From the NCBI GenBank assembly GCA_016748015.1, contig JAAOMT010000295.1, forward strand, positions 1,116,001 through 1,180,000: a stretch of DNA of 64,000 nucleotides, written 5' to 3'. Source of the stretch: Geosiphon pyriformis uo1. Taxonomy: Eukaryota > Fungi > Glomeromycota. Shown here piece by piece: positions 13,086 through 25,839 of this stretch (position 1 is the stretch's first letter; each line of letters begins with the position of its first letter). The notes beneath the pieces are model-generated. The model searched no databases and was not told the origin of the DNA. It saw nothing but the letters and a program-made list of their open reading frames with translations. A program made the translations under genes and the position numbers.

Positions 13086-16000
13086 TTAGATTTGTCTTAT
13101 TTATAACAAACTATTGGTGTTTTTTTTTTTTATAATGTACAGTATAATTAAATAGTGATAGTTTTATTTTCTATTTTACATGGTAGTCATCTCCAAATTC
13201 TTGTCTCTGAATTGATATCAATTCTTTGTGATTAGTATATATATTAAACTTTTGACTCAAATATTTTTTCATTTAATGACAGCCCAATAAATAGCCAAAT
13301 GTTCTAGTGCTGGAGTTCCATAGTTTTTTTTTGCTGGACTTAAGCTTTGGCTGACATATACTACAAAGCGTTCTCTTCTATTTGGTTTTTTTTAAAACAG
13401 TATGGCTTTTAGTGCTTGACTTAATGTATCAATGGTAATAATAAATAATTTGCTGTGATCTAAATAGATCAATACTGGGACTTAAATAAGTTTTCTTCTT
13501 AAAATATCAAAAGCTTTTTGTTGAGTTTCAGTTTATTTATATCTTATATTCTTTGTTTAAAGCTGGTATAATGGGTTAAACCAGTTTGGAGAAGTTTTGG
13601 ATAAAGCAGTGGTAATATTCAGCAAATTTCAAGAATGCTCTTAATTCTGTGAGATTTGTTGATATTAAAAAGTTCTTGACAATCTCAATCTTATTTGGAT
13701 ATGTTTTAATACTATTTTTGCTTATGACATGTTCTAAGAATTTTAGTTCTGTTTTACCAAATAAGCACTTGTTTGTATTTAGTTTCAATTCAGCTCTTTT
13801 TAATCTTTCAAACACTTGTTGGAAATGATAAAAATGATCATCAAATGTTTTGGAAAACACATTGGTGTTATCTAAGTATATCACTACTGATTTTCATAAT
13901 AGTTCTGTATATACGATTTCTATTAGCCATTAGAATGTGGCTAGAGTATTTATCAATCTGAAAAACATAACATCAAATTCAAAGTTCTTTTTTCTGATTG
14001 TGAATGCTGTTTTTTTTTTGTCAGCTGAATTTATGGCTACTTGCCAATAATTACTATTCAAATTTAATGTAAAAAACCATTTTTTTCTTTCAAAAGCATC
14101 AAATAATTCTTGGATTCATGGAGTTGGATAGCTGTCTCTATAAGTCACACTATTGAGCTTTCTGTAATTCACACAAAAGTGGATCTTTTTATTTTTCTTT
14201 TAGATTAGTATTCCTGGTAATAACCATGGACTTATTAATAGTTGAATTAACTTATTATTCAACATTCTGTTGATTTTTTATTAGATAATCTTATGGCTGG
14301 CTAGTAATATATAGTATGCTTATTGTTTGATTGGCATAGTATTTTCAGTCTTGATTTAATGTTAAATGATGTCAGTTCTGCCAAATTTATTTTTACTGGC
14401 AAAAATATTAGTGAAATTGTTAAGCAACATCTTACACTGCATTTGTTGAAATGAGTCTAAGTTTTCCAAATTTATTTGTTCTAATTGTTCTGATTGGAAC
14501 AAATAACATTTTTTCTGTCCATATATAATTTGTAATATAATATTCATATATTTACACAGTTGTGGAAAATCTGGAATAGTGTTTGATGGTTGATTTTTAA
14601 CTTCAATGCTTAAGTATCTGATAGTAGTTTTATTTAGTATTTTAATTATGTTTTTAGTTGTATTATAGCTGAGAATTTTAATGTGCTTAGAGTTCTTGGC
14701 TGGTATATAAAAATTGGTGATCCCAATCTTCTCTAATTCACAAATAGTTGGTTCTGCTTTAAAAATCTGGAGCTGGTTTCTTATTTTTCTCTCTATTATT
14801 AATATATACTGGTTATATAAAAGAATAGAAACTAATTGATTGGTAAAGATAAATTCTCCTTTATTAATAGATTTTTTTTTTGCCATATTAACTAGTATGT
14901 TTATTTTATCTATTGATCCAAATCCATTTTTTTCTTTGGCTGTAATCTCTAATTTTTTCTTTGTTCTTACTAACACTAACTGAGCTATTTTAATCAAAAA
15001 TAGAAATATTGCTTGTGCTATTTTTTGTTTGGTTTAATAATATATATTTTTTTAACTCATTTTGTAGCATTGCAAAGATATTTTTTATATATTCTGTATC
15101 AATTATTTCTCCTTTTATATTAATCTTTTTTTTCACTAAACTACTCCTAAATGCTAGCTAAACCATAGTTGTTGCTAAAATTTCTAGTACTATTTTCAGA
15201 TTAATGCAGGTGTGCAAATATAGTTCCAATTTAATGATATTTTTTTCTGGATATCTCAAATCAAATTTTATATTGGTATTATGTACTTATTCTGGCATAA
15301 TATCTTTATTATTATTGCTGAATTATTTGAGTTCTTGCTTCTTGAAAAGATCAGAAAGTGTAATATATTGTTCTGAGTTTAAATTGGAGTTTGAATTGTC
15401 ACTGTTATCATTGCTATTTTGAACAGAACTGGAATCATTGTTATTGTTATTGTTGTTAGAATTTGAATTGTGATTGAATGGCAATTCTGATTCCATTTTA
15501 CAGTTGCTGATTGGTTCTTTCTTTTTTGGAATCATATAAATCATGCATAATGGTGGATTATAAATAAAATCACAATCATTACAATATTGAAAGTTATAGA
15601 AAATTAAGCAGTATTGACAAAGTTGAGTATTTAGCTGTTCTAAATACTGTTCTTGTTTTTGTCTGATAAGTGCTAAGTTTTGTTAATGTTTGTGGAATTC
15701 TTCTGGACTTGTTTCAATATCAAAAAATGCATCGGAATTGGGAATAAAAATGATGTTAACTGGTTCAGTAGATTATTTTTTATTTCAAGAATTTCACTAG
15801 ATAAAGCACTTTCTACTTTGGTATTTGCCATTCACCAAATTTTGTCTTCATTGTGTAAGTAACTATTCAAGTGAAAGATTGCTCAATGTCAAATTGCATT
15901 AATGGGTTTTTTATAACTCATCCAGTCACTTATAAAGATCATGTATTAACACAAAACATCATATGTTTCTCCTTATTCAGAAATGTCATTCCATATTTCT

Positions 16001-18932
16001 TTATTAAGTAACTGTTCCCCACAAATAAAACATAATTTGTTGTTTTATTTGTCTTGTTTTTTGAGTAGCCATAGCATTCTTTATGGCATGGCTTGCAGTA
16101 ATAATGAGTTCAGATTCAGTAATTTTTATCAGATAAGATCCAGGCTCTCATAGAGAACAGCTTTTTTTTGTAATTCTTATATCTAAGTGGAATATATAGT
16201 AATTTAGGTCTAATGTTAATTGAGTAGGATTTTTTTCAGCCACTAGTGATTTCAATAGAGATATTGTTTTTTTGTCTTATCTTTTTTTTTCCTTTTTTCT
16301 TGTTATTTTATAAGAGTATTAGTAGTAGTTTATTGTAGTTGGTGTCAGTTCATAATACTTTGTAGGCTTTTCAGGTAAGTTTCTTTTTTTTTCTTTGAAT
16401 TCAATAAGTAGTGTTAATATAGTGGTTTTAAAGTGGCTACAAGTGGCTGGTACTTGAATGTATTGGCCGTTTTGGCTGAGTTGCAATTCTTGGATAGTTC
16501 AATCAAGTATTACATTGGTTTTAAATAACCAATTATTACCAATAAGAGCTTAATATTGCATGGCTTTCATAATAAAGACTTTAATTGGTGCAACAATATT
16601 ATTAACTTCAAATGGAAAGTTGTCAATCTCACCAATAGGCATTTTTGTTACTCTATTAGTAATAATAATCCTAACACTAACAGTGCAATCAACTTGCCAA
16701 TTTAATTGATTTATGAATTGTTGTGTAATAATATTGCTGACTAAACTACTATCAAGAATTAGTTTAATAAGGTGTTTATTAACTTTAGCATCTGTGTACA
16801 TTGTAGTAATGGGTTTAACATTAAGCATGACTCTATTAAATAGAAGTGTCATTGTTGATTTCTCTATTTTGAATGAGAATATAACTGCAAGTGATTTGTT
16901 TTCAGTAATAATTACTGGTAGAATATTGTTAATAAGTAATTAGATTTAATTGGATTCCAATAGATTGAATATTGTGGTTTCTAAAGATACTAAGAAACTT
17001 AAATAGTGTTGGACATTTGGGTTTTGGGCATAACTAGTTCCCAAATTTTGCTGTTAAGATCCAAATTGCTGGGCTGTTAAATTGAGGATTAGTTGATATA
17101 TTACCATTGTCAATTATCAATTTTAGTAGATCTGAGTAGTTCTTAGTCTTTGGTTTCCATTTTAAGATAAGTTCTGTGGTTGACTCTGATTTAGTTGGGA
17201 CTAATAAATAATTTGAGACTGAGGTGGTTGATAAATTACTGGTACTAGTGGTTGATAAATTGGCTGCATTACTTAAGCATAATGCAGTTAATATTGGTAT
17301 TGTCCTGATGATTAATTATTGGCATAGTTTGGAATTTAAAATTCGTAATCAGAATTTTAATATTGATTTTCCAATTATGAGTTATTTTCTTTAAATTAGC
17401 AATTTATTTTTAAATGGCCTTGTCTATTATAGTGATAGCAATTATGCATTTCTATTTGCCATGGTTTATTTGATAATAATGACAAATGTGCTTGTTGCTA
17501 AATACAATTGAAATTTTCTGAATTTTTACAGCATTGTAAAGATTAATATATTGTCTAATTGTTAGCTAAGTATCTTTCTAATTTCTGATTAATTGAATTA
17601 CTAAATTGTTTTAATTTAGAATCCAAGTCAGATGATCTATTCATTACTAAATTAATGGCTTAATTGTGGTTGGCTTCTAGCTTAGCCAATTCAAAATCTT
17701 TGACATGAGTAACAGTATTTTGAAGTGTTTGTGGGTGTATTGGACATATGCATTGTAAGAGACTACTGTATAGGCCATAAATAAATTAATTCAAGATTTG
17801 TGGCACAATAAAGTAGTTCATATTAATTGTTTGTATTTGGTGCAGGTTTCTATGAAAGCATTTTAGATAAGTGGTAATTGCTTCAGTATCTTCTTGCTTA
17901 ATAGTTGTGAAAGTATTTGCTAAGCAATTTATACTATTATTGTTGCTAAAATAGCTTAGAAATTTTAATTTAAATATATTGAAGTCTTGGGATTTTTGGA
18001 TTAGACTTTAATATCATAAGTCAATAATATCTTGAAAAAAGTATGAAATTGCTTATAATGCTTTAGTATTGTCTTATCCATTGGCTGTAATGGTTTTTTT
18101 CACATTATTGAGCCAGACTTATGTATTATTTTTTTCATCAGTGAATTTCTCAAGTTTTCCAATTGGTACATAGACCATTGATAATAATTGTTGTTGTTAA
18201 TATAATTGAAATTGTTGTTGGGCAATTGGTATGACTGGTAATAAATTGATCATGATTACTGGAAATAAGTTTTGAGGAACAATAGGAGCTGGGTTTAAAT
18301 TGTTCTGATTTTGCTGAGTTAAAACAATTGGAATTTGTATTTCTGGGTTTTTTAAGATCAGATTTTGATAATTAAATTCCTAATTTTTGTTCTCTTTTTT
18401 TTTCAAGTTGGTTATTTTCCAAGAACTAACTGTTCCAAAATCGGGTTGAGATGGTAGAAATTGAAATTCTAATTGTATAGGTGATTATGACTTAAATTTT
18501 TCAAAGTAATTATCATAAGTTCTTAATAAATTGGTTTTTTCTTGTTGGCTTTGGAACATAATTCTTGCTGTTGGTGTTTTTATAGTTAATGTGGATATGT
18601 CTGCTGATAGTATGTTGATAATACTTTCTGATGTATGATGGTATAATAGATAAATAGATAAAACTACTTTTGGTTTCTTCCAAATAGATAGTTGTATATT
18701 TCTTGGTGTTTTTGTTAATGTTTGTAATTTTTTTTGTTTTTGTCTGCAAAAATAATAGAAAATTTCTGTCTGGTGTGTTTTTTAATTTTTTTATTGATTT
18801 TTGTAATTATTGAGGCAAACAAATAATTTTGTGAAAGTGTGGTATTCTGAAGTAATTCACTATAAAAGTTGATAAGTACTGCTTTCAGATCTCCTTAATC
18901 TTCTAAGTAGGATTTAATTTTTTTGTTAATGT
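13086..18932 (-). pseudogene. Element A gag-PR-Cys-rich-dUTPase-RT-RNase H polyprotein
   Basis: LILDSS protease (16550-16852), dUTPase ~14905-15320, RT IYLDNTNVFS (13576-13884), RNase H to TAA at 13086-13088. Confidence 0.9.
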
Positions 18933-19782
18933 TGTTATAGATAATTATTTGGAGTATTGATACAAATAACAAATTCATAACTTGGTGTTTAATAAGAAAT
19001 ATAATAGGTAATATCTGAAGATTTTGGTTGAATGTTTTGTATAATGAACAAAGATTCAATAATAGTTTTCAATAGTCTTCTAAAATCACAATTCTGTCAA
19101 TTTTTTTCTTGGCTTGGTGGCTGACAATTTTCTGATAAGTAATTCTTAAATTCAAGTATCTATCCTTTTACAGGAGTCTTTTACTAGACAATTCTTGATG
19201 TTAGTAACTTAGTACTTAATTTTTAATCAATTAGTAAACAAAAAAAAAGAAAAAAAATAAAATTAAATCAAAACATAAAAGAAATAAGCCAATGCAATTT
19301 AAAGATTAGTATTCTGTCAATAGCCATAATCAAAAGCTATTTGTCTAGTATAGTTAAGTATTAGTATTTATCAACATAAATTGTTAATAGAGAAAAAAAT
19401 AGATTGTAATAGTAATAAGTATTTTATTAATATTTAATGTGTTCACTTCAAATCATAAAATATTATCATATAAAGAGATGGATATGGGGTTGAAACTGGA
19501 GATTTTAAGAATTCTTTTCTGCTTCTAATGCTACCATTATATATACATAAATTTTATTATATGAGATTTCTTGAATTCCTCAATTTTCTAGCCAGAAATT
19601 TTGAAATTTCTTTAGAAAAATTCTGAAATTCTGGAATTCTGGAATTCTTTATACTGGAATCCTGTAATTTTGAAATCTTGCAATTCCTTTAAGAGGAATC
19701 TTGGAATTCCATTTTTATTACATCTTATTCTAATTAACTAATTTGTATATTAATATATAATTTCTATATTCTATGAGTAATA
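18933..19782 (-). repeat. Element B 3' LTR (U3 array type I)
   Basis: TGTTATAG...GAGTAATA termini, GGAATCCT/GGAATTCC array ~19562-19712, PPT 19783-19797. Confidence 0.9.
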
Positions 19783-19795
19783 TTATCTTCTTCTT

Positions 19796-20427
19796 TTAAT
19801 ATTGAGCTTCATTGAAATTTCTTATATTTCCTAACTTTTTTTTTTTGATTAACTTCTGAACTTCATTTTTGAGAATTACTTGAATTATTTTAATCTGTAA
19901 TTTTTCAAATTGGACATTGGTTATTTTTTCTAATTGGTTAATAATAACTGTATCTATTACTGGATTAAGTAATATTGCTAGTTAATCTTAAAATTCTGTG
20001 TGTAACTGATATATGGCTTGTGTCTGTGTGAACAGATTGTTTTTTCTCACAATTTGTTCAATTTGTTGTAGTATTGCTGTATTGAATAGTTATTTTGTTT
20101 TGTTAGTGTACAAGTTCTGAATATTTATAATTTGTTCCAAGTAATAAGAACAGAAGTTTTTTATAAATTGTTGTAACCACCAATTTCAAGTTTTTTTAAT
20201 TATTTCTTGGTATGGTACAGCTGTTTTTAATGTTTCCATTAATAATTTTACTTTTGCTATTATCTTGTTTATAGTGTTTTCCAATTTTTTGAATACTTGG
20301 TATTGGATTTTTTTTTATTATCTTTGTATTGAATGATTTGTTAATTAATTGTAATTTCTAAGTTTGTTTGTTAAATTAATTGGAATAATTGTTATGTGAA
20401 TAAATAAATGTTATTAGTAATTTCTAT
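19796..20427 (-). pseudogene. Element B ORF3 (divergent type)
   Basis: YYLEQIINIQNLYTNK...ILQQIEQIV...FNEAQY*; clearly more diverged from A/D ORF3 than those are from each other. Confidence 0.8.
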
Positions 20428-20484
20428 CTTTTTATTGTTGCTTTTGATTGCATTTACTGTGTCTTTATATACTATTCTGTTTAA

Positions 20485-21867
20485 TCAATTTGACATGTTT
20501 GTTTTAATAACTATAATTGGTTTTAGATCTCATGGAATTTTATCCAGTTGGACTAGTATTTGTTGTACTCCCAGTTGTAAAATATTACTAGTGAATAATA
20601 ATATTGTATTGTAATATGTTTTCAGTCAATTTTCATGTGCTGCTTTGGCTAAAATTTTGTTATTCTATCTTAGTTTGTAGACTCTATTTTTTAGAATTTC
20701 TTCTATGTGAAATGGTTTGTCCCATTTGAAGTCAAATTTTTCACTTTATTGTTTTTCTGTTTTGGTACAATATAAGAGTACTTTGTCTTTAATTTTGAAT
20801 TCAACTGGTTTATTTGATAATTGGTTATTATGTTGTTTTTTTTGTTTTTTTTGTAATTTTCGAATGTTATCAGCTGCTCTTTGTCTTTTGTTTTCCAATG
20901 TTTCTATTAGTTTGTATGTTTTTTTTAGCAATATTTTTTGGAAGTTGGTTTCTGTTATTGGTTCAGTTAGATATGTTTTGACTTCTATCTCAACTGGTAA
21001 TGTTATTGTTCTACTATAAACAAGTTCAAATAATGTTGTTTATGTGGTATTTTGCTTCATTTTCTGATAAGCAAATAATTTTGATAATATAAACAAATCT
21101 TATTTGTCCTGGTTTTTTTAACTGATTTTAATAATTGCTTTATATAATGTTTTGTTGAATCTTTTAACTAACTTATTTGTTTATGGATAGTATAGTAATA
21201 ATAATGGTCTTTTGATTCCAAATTTTTGGCTTGATTCTGTTAATGTTCTGTTTACAAAGTAAGTTTTTTAATCTGATAATAATTTTTTTGAACATCCATA
21301 TTGACAAATCAAATCATATTAAATGAATTTGGCTATGAATTTTGCATCTGTTTTTTGAATTGCTTTTACTTCTGGCCATTTAGTAAAATAATTTATGGCT
21401 ACTGCTATATAATAATTGCCTTTGTTGATTATTGTTAATAGTCTAATTAAGTCAATTCTAATTTGATCAAATGGTTGTTCCATTTTAATTGGTCTTAGTG
21501 GTTTACTGGGTCTTGTTTCTCTTTTTCTTTGACAAGCATTACAATTTTGAACGTATTAAATAATGTCTGGATACATTGATAACCAATAATATCTTTTTTT
21601 GGTTTTTTTTATGGTTGTTTCTTTATAAAAATGTTCTGTTGTTGAGTCTAAATGCATGTTGTATAGTATTGTTTCTTTTTTTGGTTCTGTGATTACTCTG
21701 AATGGTTGATCTAAATTTTTTCTGTTTTTCTAATATAGTATATTTTGGCAAGTAATAAAATATTTTGATTGTTGTTTTATGTTGTTTCATTCTTTTTGAG
21801 ATAATTTCTTCTTGAACTACTAAGTATTAATGTAGTATTGGAGTTGTTAATATTTTTGTGTATTCAT
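20485..21867 (-). pseudogene. Element B integrase (separate ORF)
   Basis: ATG at 21867; HHCC and DDE motifs; collinear with A and D. Confidence 0.85.
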
Positions 21868-21898
21868 TTTTTGTTATATTTTTGGTTTTAAAATGTTC

Positions 21899-24014
21899 TT
21901 AGATTTGTTTTATTTGCAACAAACCATCAGCATTTTTATTTTATTTTATTTTTTATAATGTACAGTATATTTGAATAGTGAAAGTTCTATTTTTTATCTT
22001 GCATAGTAGTTGTTTCCAAATTTCAGTTTCTGAATTAATGTCAATTCTTTGTAATCTATGTATACATCAAATTTTTAACTCAAGTATTTTTTCTATTTGA
22101 TGACAGCCCAATAGATAGCCAAATATTTTAGTGCTAGAGTTTTATAGTTTTTTTCAGCTGGGCTTAAGCTTTGGCTGGCAAATACTACTGGGTGTTCTCT
22201 TCTATCTGGTTTTTTTTAAGATAATACTGTTTTTAATGCTTGACCAGATACATCAGTGATAATAATAAATGGCTTGCTGTAATTTGAATATATCAATACT
22301 AAAGCTTGAATGAGTTTTTTTTTTAAAATGTTAAAAGCTTCTTGTTGAGTTTCACTTTATTTATACTTAACATTCTTTGCTTGGAGTTGGTAAAATGGTT
22401 AAGCCAGTTTGAAGAAATTTTGGATAAAATGATAATAATATTCAGCAAATCTCAAGAATGCTCTTAATTCAGTAAGATTTGTTAGTCCTAGAAAGTTTAT
22501 GACAGTTTCAATCTTGTTTAGATCTGTTTTAATATCATTTTTGCTTACAATATGTCCTAAAAACTTTAGTTCTGTTTTTCTAAAGAAGTATTTGGTTGCA
22601 TTCAATTTTAATTTGGCTCTTTTTAGTCTCTTAAACATCTGCTATAGATAATGAAAATGATCATTGAATGTTTTTGAAAACACATTGGTATTATTCAGAT
22701 ACACAACTACTAATTTCTATAATAGTTTAGTATAAACAATTTCCATGAGCTATTAAAATATGGCTGGTACATTGGTTAAGCCAAATAATATAATATCAAA
22801 TTCAAAATTTCTCTCTTTGGTAGTGAATGTGGTCTTTTTTTTGTTAGCTAAATTCATGGCTACTTGTTAGTAACCATTATCTAAGTTTAGTGTTGAAAAC
22901 CATTTCTTTTTTTTAAAAGCATTAAATAATTTTTGTATTCATGGAGTTAAATAATTATCTTCATAAGTAATACTGTTGAGTTTTCTATAATCCACACAAA
23001 AGTGAATTTTTCTATTCTTCTTACAAATTAGTATCACTGGTAATGACTATGAACTCATTAAAGGTTGAATTAATCTGTTGTTTAACATTGAATTAATTTT
23101 TTGTTGGATGATTTCATGGCTTGCTGGTGGTATTTTGTATGCTCTTTGTTTAATTGGCATTGTATCTCCAGTCTTAATCTGGTGTTGGATAATGTCAGTT
23201 TTGCCAAATTCATTTTTGCTGGCAAAAATGTCAATGAAATTGTTAAGCAATATTTTAAGTTGTATTTGTTGAAGTGGGTCTAAGTTTTCCAAGTTTATTT
23301 GTTCCAATTGGTTTGATTGGAGCAAATAGCATTCTTCTTATTTGTATATTGTCTGTAATGTAATGTTCACATATTCACATAGTTGTGGAAAATCTGAAAT
23401 AGTGCTTGGTGGTTGTTCTTCAACTTTAGTGCTTAAGTATCTAATAGTAGTTCTTTTTGGTATTTTAATGGAGTTTCCAGTTGTATTGTAGATGAGAATT
23501 TTGATGTATTTGTAATTTTTAGCCAGTATATAGAGATTGGTAATAGCAATCTTTTCTGATTTACAAATAGTGGTTTCTGCTTTAAAAATTTGAGAATAAT
23601 CTTTTACTTTTCTTTTTATAACTATTAAATACTGGTTATATGGTGAGATAAAAATTAATTAACAGGTAAAGATAATTTTTTTTTGTTAATAACTTCTTCT
23701 TCTGCCATATTAACTGGTATATTTATCCTATTTATAAATCTGAAATTATTTTTCTCTCTGGTTATGATTCTTAATTCTTTTTTTGTTTCTACTGACACTA
23801 ATTGAGTTATTTTTACCAAAGGTAAGAATATTGTCTGTGCTATTTTTTCATTTGGTTCAATTACATATTCTTTTTTTGAGTTATTTTATAGCATTGCAAT
23901 AATATTTTTCACATATTTTACATTAATTATTTCTCTTCTGATGTTAATTCCTTTTTTCACTAAACTATTCTTAAATGCTAGTTGAACTATAATTGTTGCT
24001 AGAATTTTCAGTGC
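21899..24014 (-). pseudogene. Element B pol fragment (partial dUTPase, RT, RNase H)
   Basis: ORF fragments 22399-22638 and 23047-23325; ends ADGLLQIKQI* at 21899-21901. Confidence 0.85.
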
Positions 24015-24374
24015 AGTTATAGACTCTGTCTTTTCTGTTTTTAATACTCTTGCTATATATATAATTGATGTTTTACAAAATCTTATACATTCATAAGCAA
24101 TGTGTTATAATTTTTTAAGCAATACTTATATTGCTGAATGATATGCCCTAATCTATTGACATTGCTTATATTGCTGAGCAATATGCCATAATTCACTGAT
24201 ATTGCTTACATTGCTGAGAAATGTGTTCTAATTTACTGATATTGCTTATATTATTAAGCAATATGTCATAATTTACCAGCAATGTGTTCACATGTTCAGT
24301 ACTATTCTCTTATTGGATTATTTTTTTATCTGTTTTTCTTATTATTTTTTTTGTACTCTTTTTTATAAGTAATA
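24015..24374 (-). repeat. Element A 5' LTR remnant (U3 portion)
   Basis: Aligns to ~10643-10965, with one extra 40-bp unit. Confidence 0.9.
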
Positions 24375-24378
24375 CCTT

Positions 24379-24806
24379 TAACTGTTAATAGATTAATATC
24401 TAAAGCAAAAAATTTCTTATTAGCTACTTCTACTTAAGTTTTTATTATTTTGAAATCAATCCATTTTTTGTCTAAAAAGATATTAAGTAAAAAAAAAGAA
24501 GTTTTTTATTTTTATTCATGTTAAAGTCAATTAAACCAATAAAAAAATCACATTTCAATATTAATTTTTTTAGCTTTAGAAGTTATTGCTGCTAAACCAA
24601 AAAAAATATTATTATTAATATTAACTAAGACCTTATTATTTTTACTATTACCAAATTTATTATTTATATTTGAATATATACTATCTTTAGAACCAAATTT
24701 GACCAAAAACATATCTTTTTCATTAACAGAGTGCTTAATATTATCTACAGAAATCTTTTTTTCAAAAAGAAAAAACCCCCAATAAATTCATAGAAAGCTT
24801 TCTTAG
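24379..24806 (-). pseudogene. LINE-a ORF1 relic, piece 2
   Basis: Reads SKKAFYEFIGGF....KKWIDFKIIKT*VEVANKKFFALDINLLTV; FALDI motif shared with LINE-b ORF1. Confidence 0.75.
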
Positions 24807-24810
24807 ATGC

Positions 24811-25810
24811 TGTTACCTGAGTAGAAAAACCAATCTGAAGTTATAAAAAAATGTGATCAGAATGTAACATAATACAGAATAGCACACAATAATATTGGTT
24901 AATGTATTATAACTTAGGATAATGCAAGATAATACATTACAATATGGGATAACACAGAATAATACTAGATAACATGTTATAACGTAGGATAACTAGTAAT
25001 AATATAGAAGAACAAAGCAATAACAAAAATAACAAAGCAATAATTAGCAATAATAAAACAATTAGAAACAATTCTGTAAAACCAAAAAAATATATAAAAG
25101 CAAGTAGTTGTAAAAGGTAGAAACGGACAGACAGATAGATATGAATCACTAGACAAGAATCAAATATTCATATTTTTTCATCATTTATTATATTCTATAT
25201 TAATCTTTTGAAATAAATTAATTATTAAAAAATCAGAATTATGAATTCATGTTCTCAAACTTTATAGAATTTACATAAATTAACTATTGTTTTGTATCTT
25301 TGTTTTAAGACAAATGCTCTTAGAATAACTGTCTCAAACTATTAACAATTTGGACTAATTGCTCTTGATTACAATGATTGATGATACTAATTCTTTTTTT
25401 TTTTATTTTTTATTTTTTTTTTGTGAAACAGCAATATAGTAAAATTGACTGTCTGAGAATAAATTTTGTAATAGCCTGGTAAAAGAGGGAAGCTCCCCCT
25501 AGGTTTTTAGATATTAACATTATCTTAATAGCTTATCAGAAGAGTGAAAAGACAACACCAGACCTTAATAACTGCACTTATTAGCTTAGAGAAAAAAGCT
25601 TACTTTTATAAGAAGTTGCAATTAGCAAGAACCAAAACTCTGTGCCTTATAACCAAAGAACTCAATAGGTAAATTTACAACTAGTAAAACAAGATCTTTA
25701 GAAACTGATAATCAAGATTAAGCCACTGGAATTACATGAAACATGCCTTACCAATAATTGAAAGCACCAAAAGTTATCATCTTCCTATTCCACCAAGTTT
25801 ATCCATAATA
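24811..25810 (+). repeat. Element C 5' LTR (U3 array type III)
   Basis: TGTTACC...ATAATA termini; CCAAT ~24830, 10-bp phased array 24869-25007, TATATAAA ~25091. Confidence 0.93.
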
Positions 25811-25812
25811 TT

Positions 25813-25829
25813 TGGTGTTCCTTGTGAAG
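25813..25829 (+). promoter_or_regulatory. Primer-binding site of C (tRNA not identified)
   Basis: TGGTGTTCCTTGTGAAG, 2 nt after the LTR; TGG complements tRNA CCA. Confidence 0.75.
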
Positions 25830-25839
25830 TTATAAATCT

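Larger units (their letters stand above)
18933..24014 (-). mobile_element. Ty3/Gypsy element B (3' half only), inserted in gag of A
   Basis: LTR 18933-19782 plus PPT, ORF3, integrase, RNase H, RT and partial dUTPase; breaks off at 24014 where it is fused to the A 5' LTR remnant. Confidence 0.9.
9977..24374 (-). mobile_element. Ty3/Gypsy element A (interrupted by B; 5' part deleted)
   Basis: 3' LTR 9977-10965, matching 5' LTR remnant 24015-24374, 4-bp TSD tctt (9973-9976)/cctt (24375-24378). Removing it restores LINE frame FALDINLLTVKG-KTAMAK. Confidence 0.9.
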
